Of a DNA stretch of 35,595 nucleotides, positions 12,905 through 24,161 are shown piece after piece. Under the pieces are notes generated by a model. That model searched no databases, had not been told where the DNA came from, and was given only the letters and a program-made list of their open reading frames with translations. The stretch covers positions 1 through 35,595 of the forward strand of contig JALDZS010000222.1 of the NCBI GenBank assembly GCA_022813965.1. The letters run 5' to 3'. Position 1 is the stretch's first letter. Every line of letters starts with the position of its first letter. The stretch is from Toensbergia leucococca (Eukaryota). The position numbers and the translations under genes were made by a program.

Positions 12905-13377
12905 AACATGATATTCAACCCCGAAGGCCTTCGTATCTGTTTCCTTCGAACAGAAACCTGTAGATTCCTGACGCTTATCTATGTCCTGCTGCAGCAATCA
13001 GTCACCAAGTCTCATATGCTTCTGACTCAGTGGCCCTGACGTTGCATACAGTCATACAAGCTGCTCGATATGAATGAATTCCACCAAATATGACTAGGGA
13101 CGTGGGATTGTCTTCTCCCCCTTCTACGAGTACACTGAGTAAAATCAACCTCTTGAAAATAAACACAATGGAAGGCCAATTCGATCCCTAGAACATGGAC
13201 CTATAGGCTCTGACTCGGTACATCCATGCAGGCGAGGCAATTATCAAGATGACTTGTAGGCACTTGGAAAACCCTTTCCAGTACGAAAAAGTAGAGACTT
13301 GTCAATCGCACAGAATTCACTTAGATTTTCGATTTTCGGCTTGAATTGTCGTGAGAGTCAAGCACAACCATAAGTTT

Positions 13378-13700
13378 GTCTCGAGAACAAATACCGGCCC
13401 TCTCAAACACACTTATTCTGTCCAAAGTTTTTATGTGTCACTCCAAGACTTCAATGATCCACTGACTCACACATTCCACTCATAATGTTTCAAATCCTGG
13501 ATTCACCTAAACCAACCGGCCATGAATCTAGCCTAATCAGATGCATGTCTCGAGGAACAAATACCGGCCTTCGAAAATTCTCATTCCGTCAAACCCGTTT
13601 TCCTCACTCCAAGAATTCAACGATCCCGAGACTCGCACATCCACTCACAGCGTTTCAAAATTTCAGCCCGCCTAAGCCAAGCAACCATAAAAGTCGTCAA
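13378..13700. repeat. Degenerate tandem direct repeat, ~169-bp period, about 2 copies
   Basis: GTCTCGAG(G)AACAAATACCGGCC...TCACTCCAAGA.TTCAA.GATCC...GACTC.CACAT..CCACTCA...GTTTCAAA occurs at ~13378 and ~13547. Confidence 0.8.
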
Positions 13701-14273
13701 GGTAACTTCCACAGAACCCCTCAACCGGATTCGGGTGCTTGAGCCTCCTTGTCCTTGTCGTCACACCCCGGCTCGAGACAGCCTGGCGAAACAACGTGCA
13801 CTCACTGCATTGATAGGGATTGAAGTGCTTGGTGCTAGCAGAACTGTGGAAAATACTAGCCACAACGCTCACAAAGCCAAGAGGTGTCATCATCGACGAC
13901 GAGTCCTTCCTTCAGGAGATTCGGGTACCGTTGGGGGGAAATGCTGGGAGGTTCTCCTCTAACCGCTTTTCTCCCGTCTCCTAAAATAGAAAGTCGAGGC
14001 CGCGGAGACGTGGAGACTGGGGGGTAGATCGAGAGAATAGACGCGTCAATATCGATACATTTCAAGCGAAGAGCGTTGAGGTTGCGGCTCAATCGTTCCG
14101 TGTCTGGAAACACTAAGTATCTTAAAGAAGTCTGCGAGTATTTGGTTTGCTTCACTCACCATCTGGGTCTGTGCATCGTTGAGAGCCTTCTAGAAGGACA
14201 GGCCCATTTACTTGAAGGCAAGGGGTAGAGTCAAGGTTGTTTTCTGATAATCATTGGTACCAGGGAGTGGTCG

Positions 14274-14810
14274 TTACAACCCCCCTTGAATCGCAAAGGA
14301 TGACAAGATCAAAATAAGCGTATTTGTCACTCCCCACACGAGTGGGATCCAAGTAGAAATGTTGAAATAACCTGCCTTGAAGACAGCTCCTATGCTGAAG
14401 GATGAATTAGCAAGTTTCCACATCAAACTCCTCAGACAGGATCCAGCATACATCAGGCCTACGAAACTCCCAGCTACTATTGCCTCCACACCACCTACTA
14501 GCAGATACACGATGGGCACCACCCACATGGATCGCCATTGTCTCCATTGTAAAGCAACAGCATACAAGCTAGCAGCCAAGTGAGATCCTTCGTAGATATA
14601 AAGTGTCCACAACAGCGTGAATCGCCAGACGTCCCCACCGTGGTACAATGACGGGGTTGGGGTATCAGGATCGAAAGGCCAATATAGTGATGGCCAGCTG
14701 GGACATGTGTAATTGGGCGGGATTTGAGCTGTATACGAACTAGAAAGATAATTCAGTTGCGGCAATAAATTGAAGACGATGACAGATTTCTCTTACTTGT
14801 TCGTCGACAT
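14274..14810 (-). CDS. TMEM170-family (YPR153W-like) integral membrane protein, 3 exons, ~140 aa
   Basis: Exons 14810-14797, 14739-14452, 14394-14274. Motifs YTCPSWPSLYWP, LYHGGDVWRFTLLWTL, EAIVAGSFVGLIIGAVFKAGYFNISTWIPLVWG; three hydrophobic segments. Confidence 0.8.
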
Positions 14811-15140
14811 ATTGACTTTGGCCCAATATTGGGTCGAGGGCAGGAAGAAAGACGTTCAGTAGAATTCAAAGTCACAAAGGTTGGTCCTAGATCAGAATTC
14901 TATTGGTTTGGGTAAATATTTAGAACCATTGCTTGTTGATTGGAGAGAGGCTGGTCCTGGTCCTGGGCTTGGAAGACAGTAAATATTTAATCTGTCGGTT
15001 GTCAACTCATTAAATTCATCCCCTCACCACCTCGCCGTGGAACGGGGTAAAGTACGACAACGACACTCAATTTATTGCCAAGGCCATGAATACAAATCAT
15101 CTCAGGCTATTGATTGCGCCGTGCAAAGTGTTCTATCAAT

Positions 15141-17343
15141 ATGTCTACCGATAGGTCCTTAGCAACCCTTTTGCGCGCTTTGCAAAGCGCGCAAACCGGA
15201 GAAGATGGTTCCAGGTAGCCAGTCACTTCGACTGTAGTGCAGACTTCTTACTAATATTGCACAGATTACTGGGCTCTGCGACGACCCTATTAACGCTCCT
15301 GTCGAATCCTTTAAATGTCACGCTTCTAGCCTCTCAAATTCTCACTGCTCCTGCAGTATGGGAGCGCCCAGATGGTCTTCGGACGAATCTCCGTATCCTT
15401 AGTGTTTTCAATTCGGCCAGCATCCATATCATTCGCCAGGAAACATCGCCCCCACCCGTAGAGCCGTACCTAGCAAGAAATCAATTAGCGAAAGACGAGT
15501 GGGTAATCGCTATAGTGAACGGGGCCGATGAGAAATCTCCTCGATGGAAGCATCTGCTCCTTCTGGGGGGGATTTTGATTGGCTTTGAGGCCCAAGACCG
15601 GCAAGGTTTGTCGGCCTCTCTACGAAGAAAACTAGAGAGTGCTATAGTGAATGCAGTGAATCTTGCCTTACGAGACAGTGACGAAGGCACTGAGCTGGCT
15701 GGTAACAGTGTTGTGATGGTCCTGAACCATGTTTTCCACCTCTTGAGCATTGGCGAACAGGCTCAGATTGATGTTGAAAGGCTCCTTCCAACTTTGTGCT
15801 GGGCCCAGTTCTTCTCCAAGGAGGGACTTCACTGCGGCTATTTCCTTAGTACTATGGACGCAGACCTGATTGAGGGTCGGAATAAAAAGTTCAACTGGTC
15901 TCCCAAATCATCTAGCTACGTGCAAATACAATGCATTGCATCCAGTCCTCTGGTGACCTCTCTAGGGTCTATGTCGCGTCTCACAGCCTTTTCTGTGGAA
16001 AGGGTGCAGAACATAGATTTGCTGGCCATTATGATCGAGGATATGGGACGATATACTAGGTCACTTTGTGTTCAATGGCGACAGAACAAGCTATCGGAAA
16101 TAGACGTAACAGAGGAGTCAGTTTTTCTAAGCGACGAGACCTTACAAACCTTGCTGCCTATGTTGTGGCAGATACTGAAGTCTAGTATGTTTGCCACAAT
16201 CGTCATTTTGAGGTCCCTTCTAGGTCGAGTGATTGAAGACAGGAGAGTGCCTGTCAGTGAAGGTAACTTGACTCAGTTCCAATCTACAGAGAATTGGCAT
16301 TGATTAGTTGCAGCACCCTTCATAGCAATACAGACTCTTCACATGCTAAGAAATCTGTACTTTATATCTTCCCGACTGGGACGGGACGGCTTCTCACAAT
16401 ACACATTTGTGTATCTTACCGCTATTGACATACTTTCGAAATATCCCGTTCAGGCTGAAGCCTTTCTAAGAGAGATAAGGCCGGCGGAACTTGGCCGTAT
16501 CCCACAACATCCTTTGGACCGCTGCCATGACCTTTTTTTCCTCAACACAGCTGAGCATTTCACACTTGTTCTCACGCCAAATATGAACGAAGAGCTCTTG
16601 ATTGGCGCAGCTACCCCGTACTTGGGAATAGGCGGTGACCAAAGGCTGCGGGAGATATTTGAGGCGGCACATACGGTGATGCTTGCCGTCCTAGCAGCGC
16701 CGCAATGTGCAGATATGACCGTGAAGTACATGCCTTTCTATGTAGACGCACTTTTCAAGGTTAGCTTTCTTGATGGTCTATTGCATACTCCCTATTTCGT
16801 ACTAAGCGTACTATTTATTAGGTATTTCCACAAAACATCTCGTCACAACAATTCCGAATGGCTACTAAAACACTTGTTCGAATTACTACCCCACCCTCCC
16901 CTATCTCAGCAAACCAACCACTGCTGTCCTCTACTCTGCTTGAGCTTGTGCGTTCTCGTGCTCAGAGCGCATCAAAAGAACCTTTACCGCAACTTACAAA
17001 TGCGCCATCTTCTTCAAACGAAGAGTCTCATTTGTCTGAGCAGGCTGTGCTAGTATTGACCTTGATCGATAGTCTACCGTTTCTACCAGTTCATATTCTA
17101 GAGGAATGGCTTCCCCTGACAGCCGAGACTCTAAATCTCATTCAGGACCAGAACATGTTACCAATGTGTAGACAGAGGTTTTGGGAGATCTTGAGTAGCG
17201 GTGATATGGATGTTGAGCGTGCTGAAGTGTGTGTTACATGGTGGTGTACAAGAGGAGGACGGGAGATGGTATTGTATAGCAAAGGAAAAGAAATTCAAGA
17301 ATTGGTCATGAGCGGTGGCCTAGGAGAAGCTAGTAAGCTGTGA
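15141..17343 (+). CDS. PEX8: Peroxin Pex8, 4 exons, ~679 aa, C-terminal PTS1 (-SKL)
   Basis: Exons 15141-15214, 15265-16262, 16314-16759, 16822-17343. Motifs LSNPLNVTLLASQIL, WRQNKLSEID, LRNLYFISSRLG, LFFLNTAEHF, IFEAAHTVMLAV, WWCTRGGRE; ends EASKL*. Confidence 0.92.
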
Positions 17344-17716
17344 GAAATTCCCGCTCGGATGCGACACAGTCCTGGATGTCTGATGGTAGCAGGGGGTGAT
17401 TCACCATTGATTCTTGACTTAGTGAACGTCGTTGACACATCAGTGCAAAAAGTCGGCCAGCGCCCAGCCAGCGCACTATGAAGAGCTTTGTCAGAACCTG
17501 AATGTCACCATGCAACGACGGTTGATGAGGTGTATGTCCCCAGCATTGTGAAAAGATACACTACTGGAGTGAATGACCTCTGCAAACATGAATCATTTCA
17601 ATGACGAAGGACTATATGAACAGGTGCCGGACGGAGCGTGGGCGTTTTCTACAGTCGTCAAAGCATCCATTCCGAAAAGTCTGATCTCTTAGCCAAAGCT
17701 CCCAAGCGTTGAGAGT

Positions 17717-18064
17717 ATGTGCTTCGACAAGAAATACGTTTACGAGTGCGGATGTGCGGAAACCGACCATTACACATGCATTCGGAATCTGAATGGGAAG
17801 GCGTTCTCGACTCAATGTGAGGACTATCGTGGCGTCCAGGAAATCCCTACAAAGGGATCATGCATGACGCATCAGATGCACCCAAAACCCAATGCGCCAA
17901 TGATGTCGGCAAACCCTGGGGGTAGTGGATTGAGGTCCACGAGATCAGAGTCAGACGGGCTGCTAGACGCGCAACTGGTACAGACACTACCATCTGAGAC
18001 TTCTTCAGAGCTACAGCCAAGATGCCGACGGAAGAGCTGCTGCAGCACCTGTGCAATTCAATGA
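17717..18064 (+). CDS. Small Cys-rich protein (115 aa) with C-terminal CaaX box (CAIQ)
   Basis: Single-exon ATG ORF. N-terminal MCxxxxxxYxCGC...C...C...C pattern is common in small fungal hypothetical proteins; tail RCRRKSCCSTCAIQ*. Confidence 0.55.
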   Translation: MCFDKKYVYECGCAETDHYTCIRNLNGKAFSTQCEDYRGVQEIPTKGSCMTHQMHPKPNAPMMSANPGGSGLRSTRSESDGLLDAQLVQTLPSETSSELQPRCRRKSCCSTCAIQ

Positions 18065-18218
18065 TGGAGTTTGGTTCGAGACAGATACGATACATGCGGT
18101 GTAATTATGGTGAATCATATTCGAAAAGCTAGAATAGCGTGCAGGGGTATTTCTCCAAACCAGATACTCCGATTTCCCTGCTATTATTTGACTCGTGCAA
18201 ATTCAGAACCAGCCCCAT

Positions 18219-19104
18219 TCAACGAATCATCGGTATTCCAACCCAGGTCCTCTTCTTATAGTCGACATACTCGTCTCCAAAAAAATTGACTAGCAACTGT
18301 TCCTCCTCTGCAAGTCTCAAGTTAGCATGCACCTCCCTCCAATTCTCCTAAAATCTCCAATGCCCAATACTCACTCTCAATCCGCCTCTTGAAGAAACCC
18401 CAAAGAACTACCGTGTATCCCACAAAACAAATTCCGTTTCCCAGCACCATCTGTGTCCCCAACCCCCACCACCAAAATCCAAAATAGCTGGGATGTCGTA
18501 GCCATGCATAGATGCCGTCCGTCACCAGCTCGTGCCCCTGCTTCTTCCTCACTTGCACGAAGTGATTGAAATTACTCCCCGCCTGCACCATTGCCAACGT
18601 TCGCGTCGCTTGACCCACGACAAGCATACCAAATCCTAAAGCTAGAGACAGCCCCGGTAGAAAATTAAGAGAGGGCAAAAGTGTGTAGTGGAGGATGCAC
18701 TCGGCAAACGCGAGTGTGTGTGCGACATTGTACGCACGGCCGTTTGAGGAGAGCAGGAAAGCCGAGGTTGTGGCGGCGGAGGGGTTGTAGCGGGCCGTGG
18801 TGTAGTATTCTAGGAAGTGAAACAAAGAGAGGGCCGAGAGGAAGAAAGGGGCGCGCCACAATGGGGAGGCATTCTGGATCAGGAGGACCGTTGCGGAGAG
18901 GGACAGCCCAAAAGCGGTGCCGAGGAGGAAGGCGCGGATGGAGATGCCCGAGAGGGATTTGGGGGCGTGAGGGAGGTTTGAAGGGTGGGTTTCTGGGAGA
19001 GGTGGGGTGGGTTGGAAGGTTGGGCTTGGGGTGTGGCCGTTGGCGTGGGTGGGTTGGGGATCCCAAGGGTTGCTAGGGCGGGGGAGGGTGGAGGCGGTGG
19101 CCAT
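18219..19104 (-). CDS. STE14: Protein-S-isoprenylcysteine O-methyltransferase (ICMT), 2 exons, ~272 aa
   Basis: Exons 19104-18375 and 18307-18219. Motifs FHFLEY, AGSNFNH, HELVTDGIYAWLRHPSYFGFWWW, RRIEKEEQLLVNFFGDEYVDYKKRTWVGIP. Confidence 0.93.
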
Positions 19105-19742
19105 GGTGAGGGGTGATGGAAGAGAGTGTGGAGATTCCCACCCAGTCAATATGGAGAGGTGGGAGGAGTGAGCATGGCATTGTTGAGTTCGTGGGTGGGG
19201 CAAAGGTACCCCTTGCGCGAGGCTCTCGGCGTCGGCAAGGGGCGCTTCGTCCTCTTGCGTGCATGCTCCGTATGGATATGCACTCGGTAGGGCAGGCATC
19301 ATTTGCCGAGATGTCACTCTATTTTTAGATTCAATCTGATCACGCTTCAAACCTCTTATTGAGATGTTTTGCTTAAGCTTCTGTGACAGCCATTCATCAC
19401 CTTGCCGCAAAAGACTTTAATCAATTATTACGTCAGACAAGCAACGTTAACAATTTGCAAAATTCACATAGCAAAAGAGTGGGCATCTCTGAAGCCAAGC
19501 AGAATTACATTTTCTTCAGACAGACAATCTCATGTTATCATAGCCACAAGCAAAGATGCCCAAGCCAAAGGCTATTGGCAAGTTCATCGGGCTAGAAGCC
19601 TAGGTAAAACATCACCTATCGCTACCCCACAAGCCCACACACATCAAATCCACCCCATCTTTCCTCATCTGCTACATGCTACGGTCCGCTGTTCAACCTC
19701 AAGCAATTTACCGTTGAGATCATTACCTATCATCCACCCAAA

Positions 19743-20625
19743 ATGCCTCAATCAGAAGAGAAGAGAAAAATGCTGAGCGGAGAACTATACCACTCCTTCG
19801 CTCCCGACCTCATCCGCGACCGCGCACGCTGTCTCCACGCCTGCCACCGCTACAACAACGCCTACGAAATCCCGCGCCGACGACGGGTCGAATTGTGGAG
19901 AGAGTGAGTTTCCACTCTTTCTTGCGCCGCCGCAATGCATGACAATCCTGCCAATCTAACAGCACCAGCCGATTGAACTGATAATGAATCCCCTGCCTCC
20001 AGCATCAGCGGCGACACCCGACCAATGCCGCCACTCCTGCCCCCCGACGCCGACGACGACGCGCAATTCGAAGACGACCCCTGGATCGAGCCGCCGGTTC
20101 GTGTCGACTACGGCACCAACGTCCGCTTCGGGACAAATGTGTACATCAATTTCAACTGCATCATTCTCGACGTGTGTCTCGTATCGATTGGATCCCGCGC
20201 GCTGATCGGTCCCAACGTCTCTTTTTACACCGCCAGCCATCCGATGGATCCGGAGCTTCGGAACGGCACCAATGGCCCTGAAATCGGGAAAGAGATCCAT
20301 GTGGAGGATGATTGCTTCATTGGCGGGAACGTGATCATTCTGCCTGGGGTACGGGTAGGGAGGGGTTCGACCATTGGGGCAGGAAGTGTTGTGACCAGAG
20401 TACGCAAGCCCCGTCCATTGCAAGGCCGTTTCTTTATATAAAGTGGCAAGCACTTACATGGTCTATTGATAGGATGTACCACCCTTCCACGTAGTAGCCG
20501 GAAATCCGGCAAGAATCATTCGCAAGGCCAAGACTAACATGGACCCAACGCAAGATTTGAGCCATGAGATGAGCGAACAAGCCTGCAATCCTATTGAACC
20601 AGAGAGATCGTTGGACGAGTCTTGA
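19743..20625 (+). CDS. Maltose/galactoside O-acetyltransferase family (Mac domain plus hexapeptide beta-helix), 3 exons, ~236 aa
   Basis: Exons 19743-19903, 20003-20399, 20473-20625. Motifs [66 protein letters not shown]. Confidence 0.9.
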
Positions 20626-20901
20626 TGTTAAGCTTCAGATGTACCTATTGGGGAGAAGTCGATTGTGATGGCCCATGAGGATCACGATAAATGAATCAAG
20701 GGGATTAGAGTATGTATGGGTTTGATTATACGCGTGTGCTTCACTCACCCAAATGCTTTCGCTCTAGGTGTAACGAGTCTCTAGAAGGGTAGAGCGCACG
20801 GGTCAAGAAGTCGTCTTAAATGCCTACTCTCCATTGACAAATCACTATTCAATCTACTGTACAAAGATCTTGCCCTTTCACTTATTTCCTCAGCCCCCCT
20901 T

Positions 20902-21718
20902 TTCTTCAGGCTCCTATTATTGCTACGCCCCAAACCAATAAATCTACACCTCAATTCTGATACTCCTACCCCCCCTTCCCACCCAAGACATACCTGATAA
21001 GGCAATAATGAGACCCTGGCGCAATGTTGCATAGTGAAAAGTGATGTTTTCACATATAACACATCCTTCACCTCATCCTCCCTTCCCATGCCATTCACTC
21101 CTCCATCAAAAGAGAAAAAGTCGTACCCCCACCTATGTCACGCCCTCAAGCTCGCTGTTCAGAAAAGAAAAAATAACGCAAGACTATAAAGGATAATATG
21201 CAGGTATGCACAACGCCAAAATCAAGACAAGTTTTAAGATTCATCAAAGCTCAGTATAACCCCAATACAACATGGATAAAGAGGTTGAAGGAGAAAAGAA
21301 AAAATGCAAAACATGGGAAAAGTGAAGGAGGCAAAGTTTTAAAATCATCCATGTTGACCTCGTTTTTCAAGCGTTTTTCCAGAATTGTGGATACTTGCGC
21401 CCCCAAGGGAAATTGAAAACTCGGGATGTTGGATTCACAAAAAATCATGATGTTTTTTCTCCCTAGGTGATAATCTTTTCGCTTTTTGGATTAGCAACGC
21501 GAAATAAATGGTATTGCAACAGAGGTAGGTAAGTAGAGAATCAAGTCAGAAATATGGCGTGAACACATCCATCTTTCCTCATGCGACATTGTGTCAGGGC
21601 CCTCATTATTGCCTAATCAGGTGTGTACTAAGGGGGGGGTGGAGGGTGGGGTAGGAGTATCAAAATTGGGGTGTAGGGTTATCGAATTGGGGTGTGGCAA
21701 TAGTAAGAGCCCAAAGAA
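20902..21718. mobile_element. Non-autonomous DNA transposon (MITE/Mutator-like) with ~150-bp degenerate terminal inverted repeats
   Basis: ~20902-21055 (CTACACCTCAATTCTGATACTCCTACCCC...CCTGATAAGGCAATAATGAGACCCTGGCGCAATGTTGCAT) matches the reverse complement of ~21558-21718 (ATGCGACATTGTGTCAGGGCCCTCATTATTGCCTAATCAGG...GGGGTAGGAGTATCAAAATTGGGGTGTAG). The interior is AT-rich and non-coding; no clear TSD. Confidence 0.72.
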
Positions 21719-22040
21719 TCCACCCCCTTCAAGTTTTTCCTTGGCCCCCCTTTCTTTCCCATCAGACATATTTAGCAGCAATTGATCATAATCACCCATC
21801 ATGAGCTTGAGCTTTTCTGCTCTCAAAAAATGTAAAATCTCATCGCCTGGCTTTTCCAAAGGTGGTTGTAAGTAGTAATGACAAGGGAGTTGGTTAAAGT
21901 TATCCCCAACGCTTCAAAATATGTACATGAATCCATGCACCTGAGAGTCCTAGTATTCAACAATAGTGAACAAAAGGACTCCCAATATGCAGCAGGCCTA
22001 GTGAGGTCAATCTGTTCAAATTCCCCGACCCGCAAATCAT

Positions 22041-23727
22041 TTACGCCTTACTGACACTTCCATATTTGGCCTGCCAGGCGAAAAAATACAGCAGCGCTGC
22101 CACCGGCTGCCCAACCAGGCAGAAACTGATCCAGAAGATGCAATTGCCGAGAATCTTGCACGTTCGATTCTTGCTTTTTTCGAGCGGCAATGTGAAGAAA
22201 ATTAGAGGAATTTGGATTACCATTCCTAGGAATGCAACACCTTAAGAGCTTGAGCTTGAGTTTCTTTTTTTTTGTTCTTGGAAGGGAGAAAGCGGAGAAG
22301 GGTTGAAAGGAGCTTACCGATTATATTGTGCGTTGGTATCCCTACCATTAATTCGTGCAGCACGCCGGAGAAAATGAAAACGATGGTGCTCGCACTTTGC
22401 TGGCCCCAGCCTCGACCGATAAGTGGATAGTAAATGTGTCTACACATGAATTGATTGACAGGCTTATTCCAGGTGCGCCAGTAGACGCCCACGCTGGGAC
22501 TGTTCCACCATTCGGTGTAGAACTCGCGGTCGCCGAATTGCATAATTTCAGCCAGGGCATTGAGAAATGATTGGAAGATGGCGAAGAAGCCTGCGAGCCA
22601 GATGATTACCGAGACGGTGGAGAGCTTCGTCAAACGCTCGAGGATGGAGCTGAGTTCTGGGGATGTCATGTTGTTGAGCGAGTTGCGGAGGATTGGGGCG
22701 GCGTATTGGGCTGAGGCGAGCCAGATGAAGGCGCTGAGGCCGGCGAATTCGGCGGTGCGCTTGGCGACGTACACCCAGCGGGTAGGTGGGGAGCGAGGAT
22801 AGACGGGCTGGTAGACTAGGGTTGGGGCCCACCAGAAATAGGAGAGGTTGGTCAGGGTAATGTTGAGAGGGTAGGGGCAGGCGGCGTAGATTTCGGGGGG
22901 GGAGTCGGCAGTGTCTTGACTTATGAAGGCGAGGCGTAGATCGCGGTTTGTGAGGGCATAGGAAGAGATTTTGAGCCAAACTATCAGGGCATGTACCTCG
23001 GAGATGGTGCCGATGAGTGGGTGGTTGATGTAGAAGTAGACGACTACGGAGGTGATGAGGAGACAGAAGGTTGCGTTTATACCGTGGGCGATGGCGATGA
23101 CAGGCCAGGGCGACAGGACAGCTGTATTCAATATGGTTTTTTGCTTCGATTCGCTTCTTTTTTGGCTGCCGAGGGCTTCTTTGACTTGTTGGGCTGAGGC
23201 GGCTTCGATGAAGAAGGCGATGAAGAGGTGGCAGGGGACGAGGGCGTAGAGAGCGGCTCCTAGTAGGAGATCTTGCGCTCGGTAGTCGTGGCAGCTGAAG
23301 CATATTAGAACTCCGTACTGTTCTGAGAGTCAGATGTGTAGGTAGCCAATGGCTTTGGAGGGTTTTATTGTGCCTTCATGAAATTCTCTACGACCAGTCG
23401 AAGGTTCATTACGACTAAATTCCGCTACTCTGTCAGCCTATGTTCTCTTTTGGCAAGGGTAATAGAGGGTGAAGTTTTGAGGAAGATAAGATTCAATGTC
23501 TTACTAAGGACCAAAACAAGAAGGTTTCTGAAGCCAAGGAAGCTCGGACTGGCTGCCGAGTCCTCGCTGAGGCATGAATGGCGTGATATTTTGTGCCAGG
23601 CAGTAATGTGTCGATATTTATTCTGCTTCCTGGGTGCTGAAGAAGCCTTGTCACTGTCACCACTGTCTTCTGTATGAGCGTGTATGACGGTGCCATTGGT
23701 GTTGAGTGACACAGGCTTGGGCGCCAT
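22041..23727 (-). CDS. MBOAT diacylglycerol/sterol O-acyltransferase (DGAT1-type), 4 exons, ~487 aa
   Basis: Exons 23727-23505, 23414-23374, 23317-22318, 22240-22041. Motifs SCLS, SFLGFRNL, NLRLVVENFMKYG, YFWWAPTLVYQPVYPR, FGDREFYTEWWNS, WNKPV, catalytic HEL, GNCIFW. Intron 2 requires a GC donor. Confidence 0.9.
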
Positions 23728-24161
23728 TCTTGAGATGGAGTCTGTTGTAGCGCTGATGAATTCGGAAAGAAGTGTGACGGGGGATGACTGTGGTGATTTT
23801 TCATTTTTGGTGAAACACTAGAAGTTAGCAAAGTCTGACGTGCACAACATGTCTGTTATGTATGGGGTAAAAATCTGTGAGCTCAGGGACCCTCGGACCT
23901 TGATGCCCCACACTATGTCATCATGCATGTATTTCCTGATCCTTATCTTATCAGTTGCTTGCATAAAGTATTCTATGCCCAGGCACCCAGGCCAGTCGCT
24001 TATCAGATGCAAGATTTGTGCAGATTAATGCCGGCTTCAATTTCAACGTCACTCCTTCCTTTTCGTACCTCGAAATTTCCAAGTCATAAGGTACTACCTT
24101 ATTCTCTAGATGCCGTGGCTAACACTTCAAAAGCCTATCACATGAGCTTTATGCTGTCACT

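Noticed and set aside
13856..14176. Possible small spliced gene on the minus strand (ATG 14176, GTGAGT donor)
   Set aside because: Both candidate acceptors lead to early stops, and the translation has no recognisable motif.
14850..14863. 14-mer AGACGTTCAGTAGA shared with 9527-9540, both in divergent promoters
   Set aside because: About two exact 14-mer matches are expected by chance in 35 kb.
19105..19410. In-frame 5' extension of the STE14 ORF (362-aa ORF-track call)
   Set aside because: It starts at a non-ATG codon and has no ICMT-like content. ATG 19104 has a strong context (CACCATGG) and gives a normal-length protein.
22548..23303. 251-aa Arg/Pro-rich alternative-frame ORF, and similar short overlapping ORFs inside the main genes
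   Set aside because: Off-frame or antisense shadows of GC-rich coding exons.
23891..23896. CCTCGG (FarA/FarB core) upstream of the DGAT1-type gene
   Set aside because: A single hexamer is not significant without conservation data, and none was seen upstream of PEX8.
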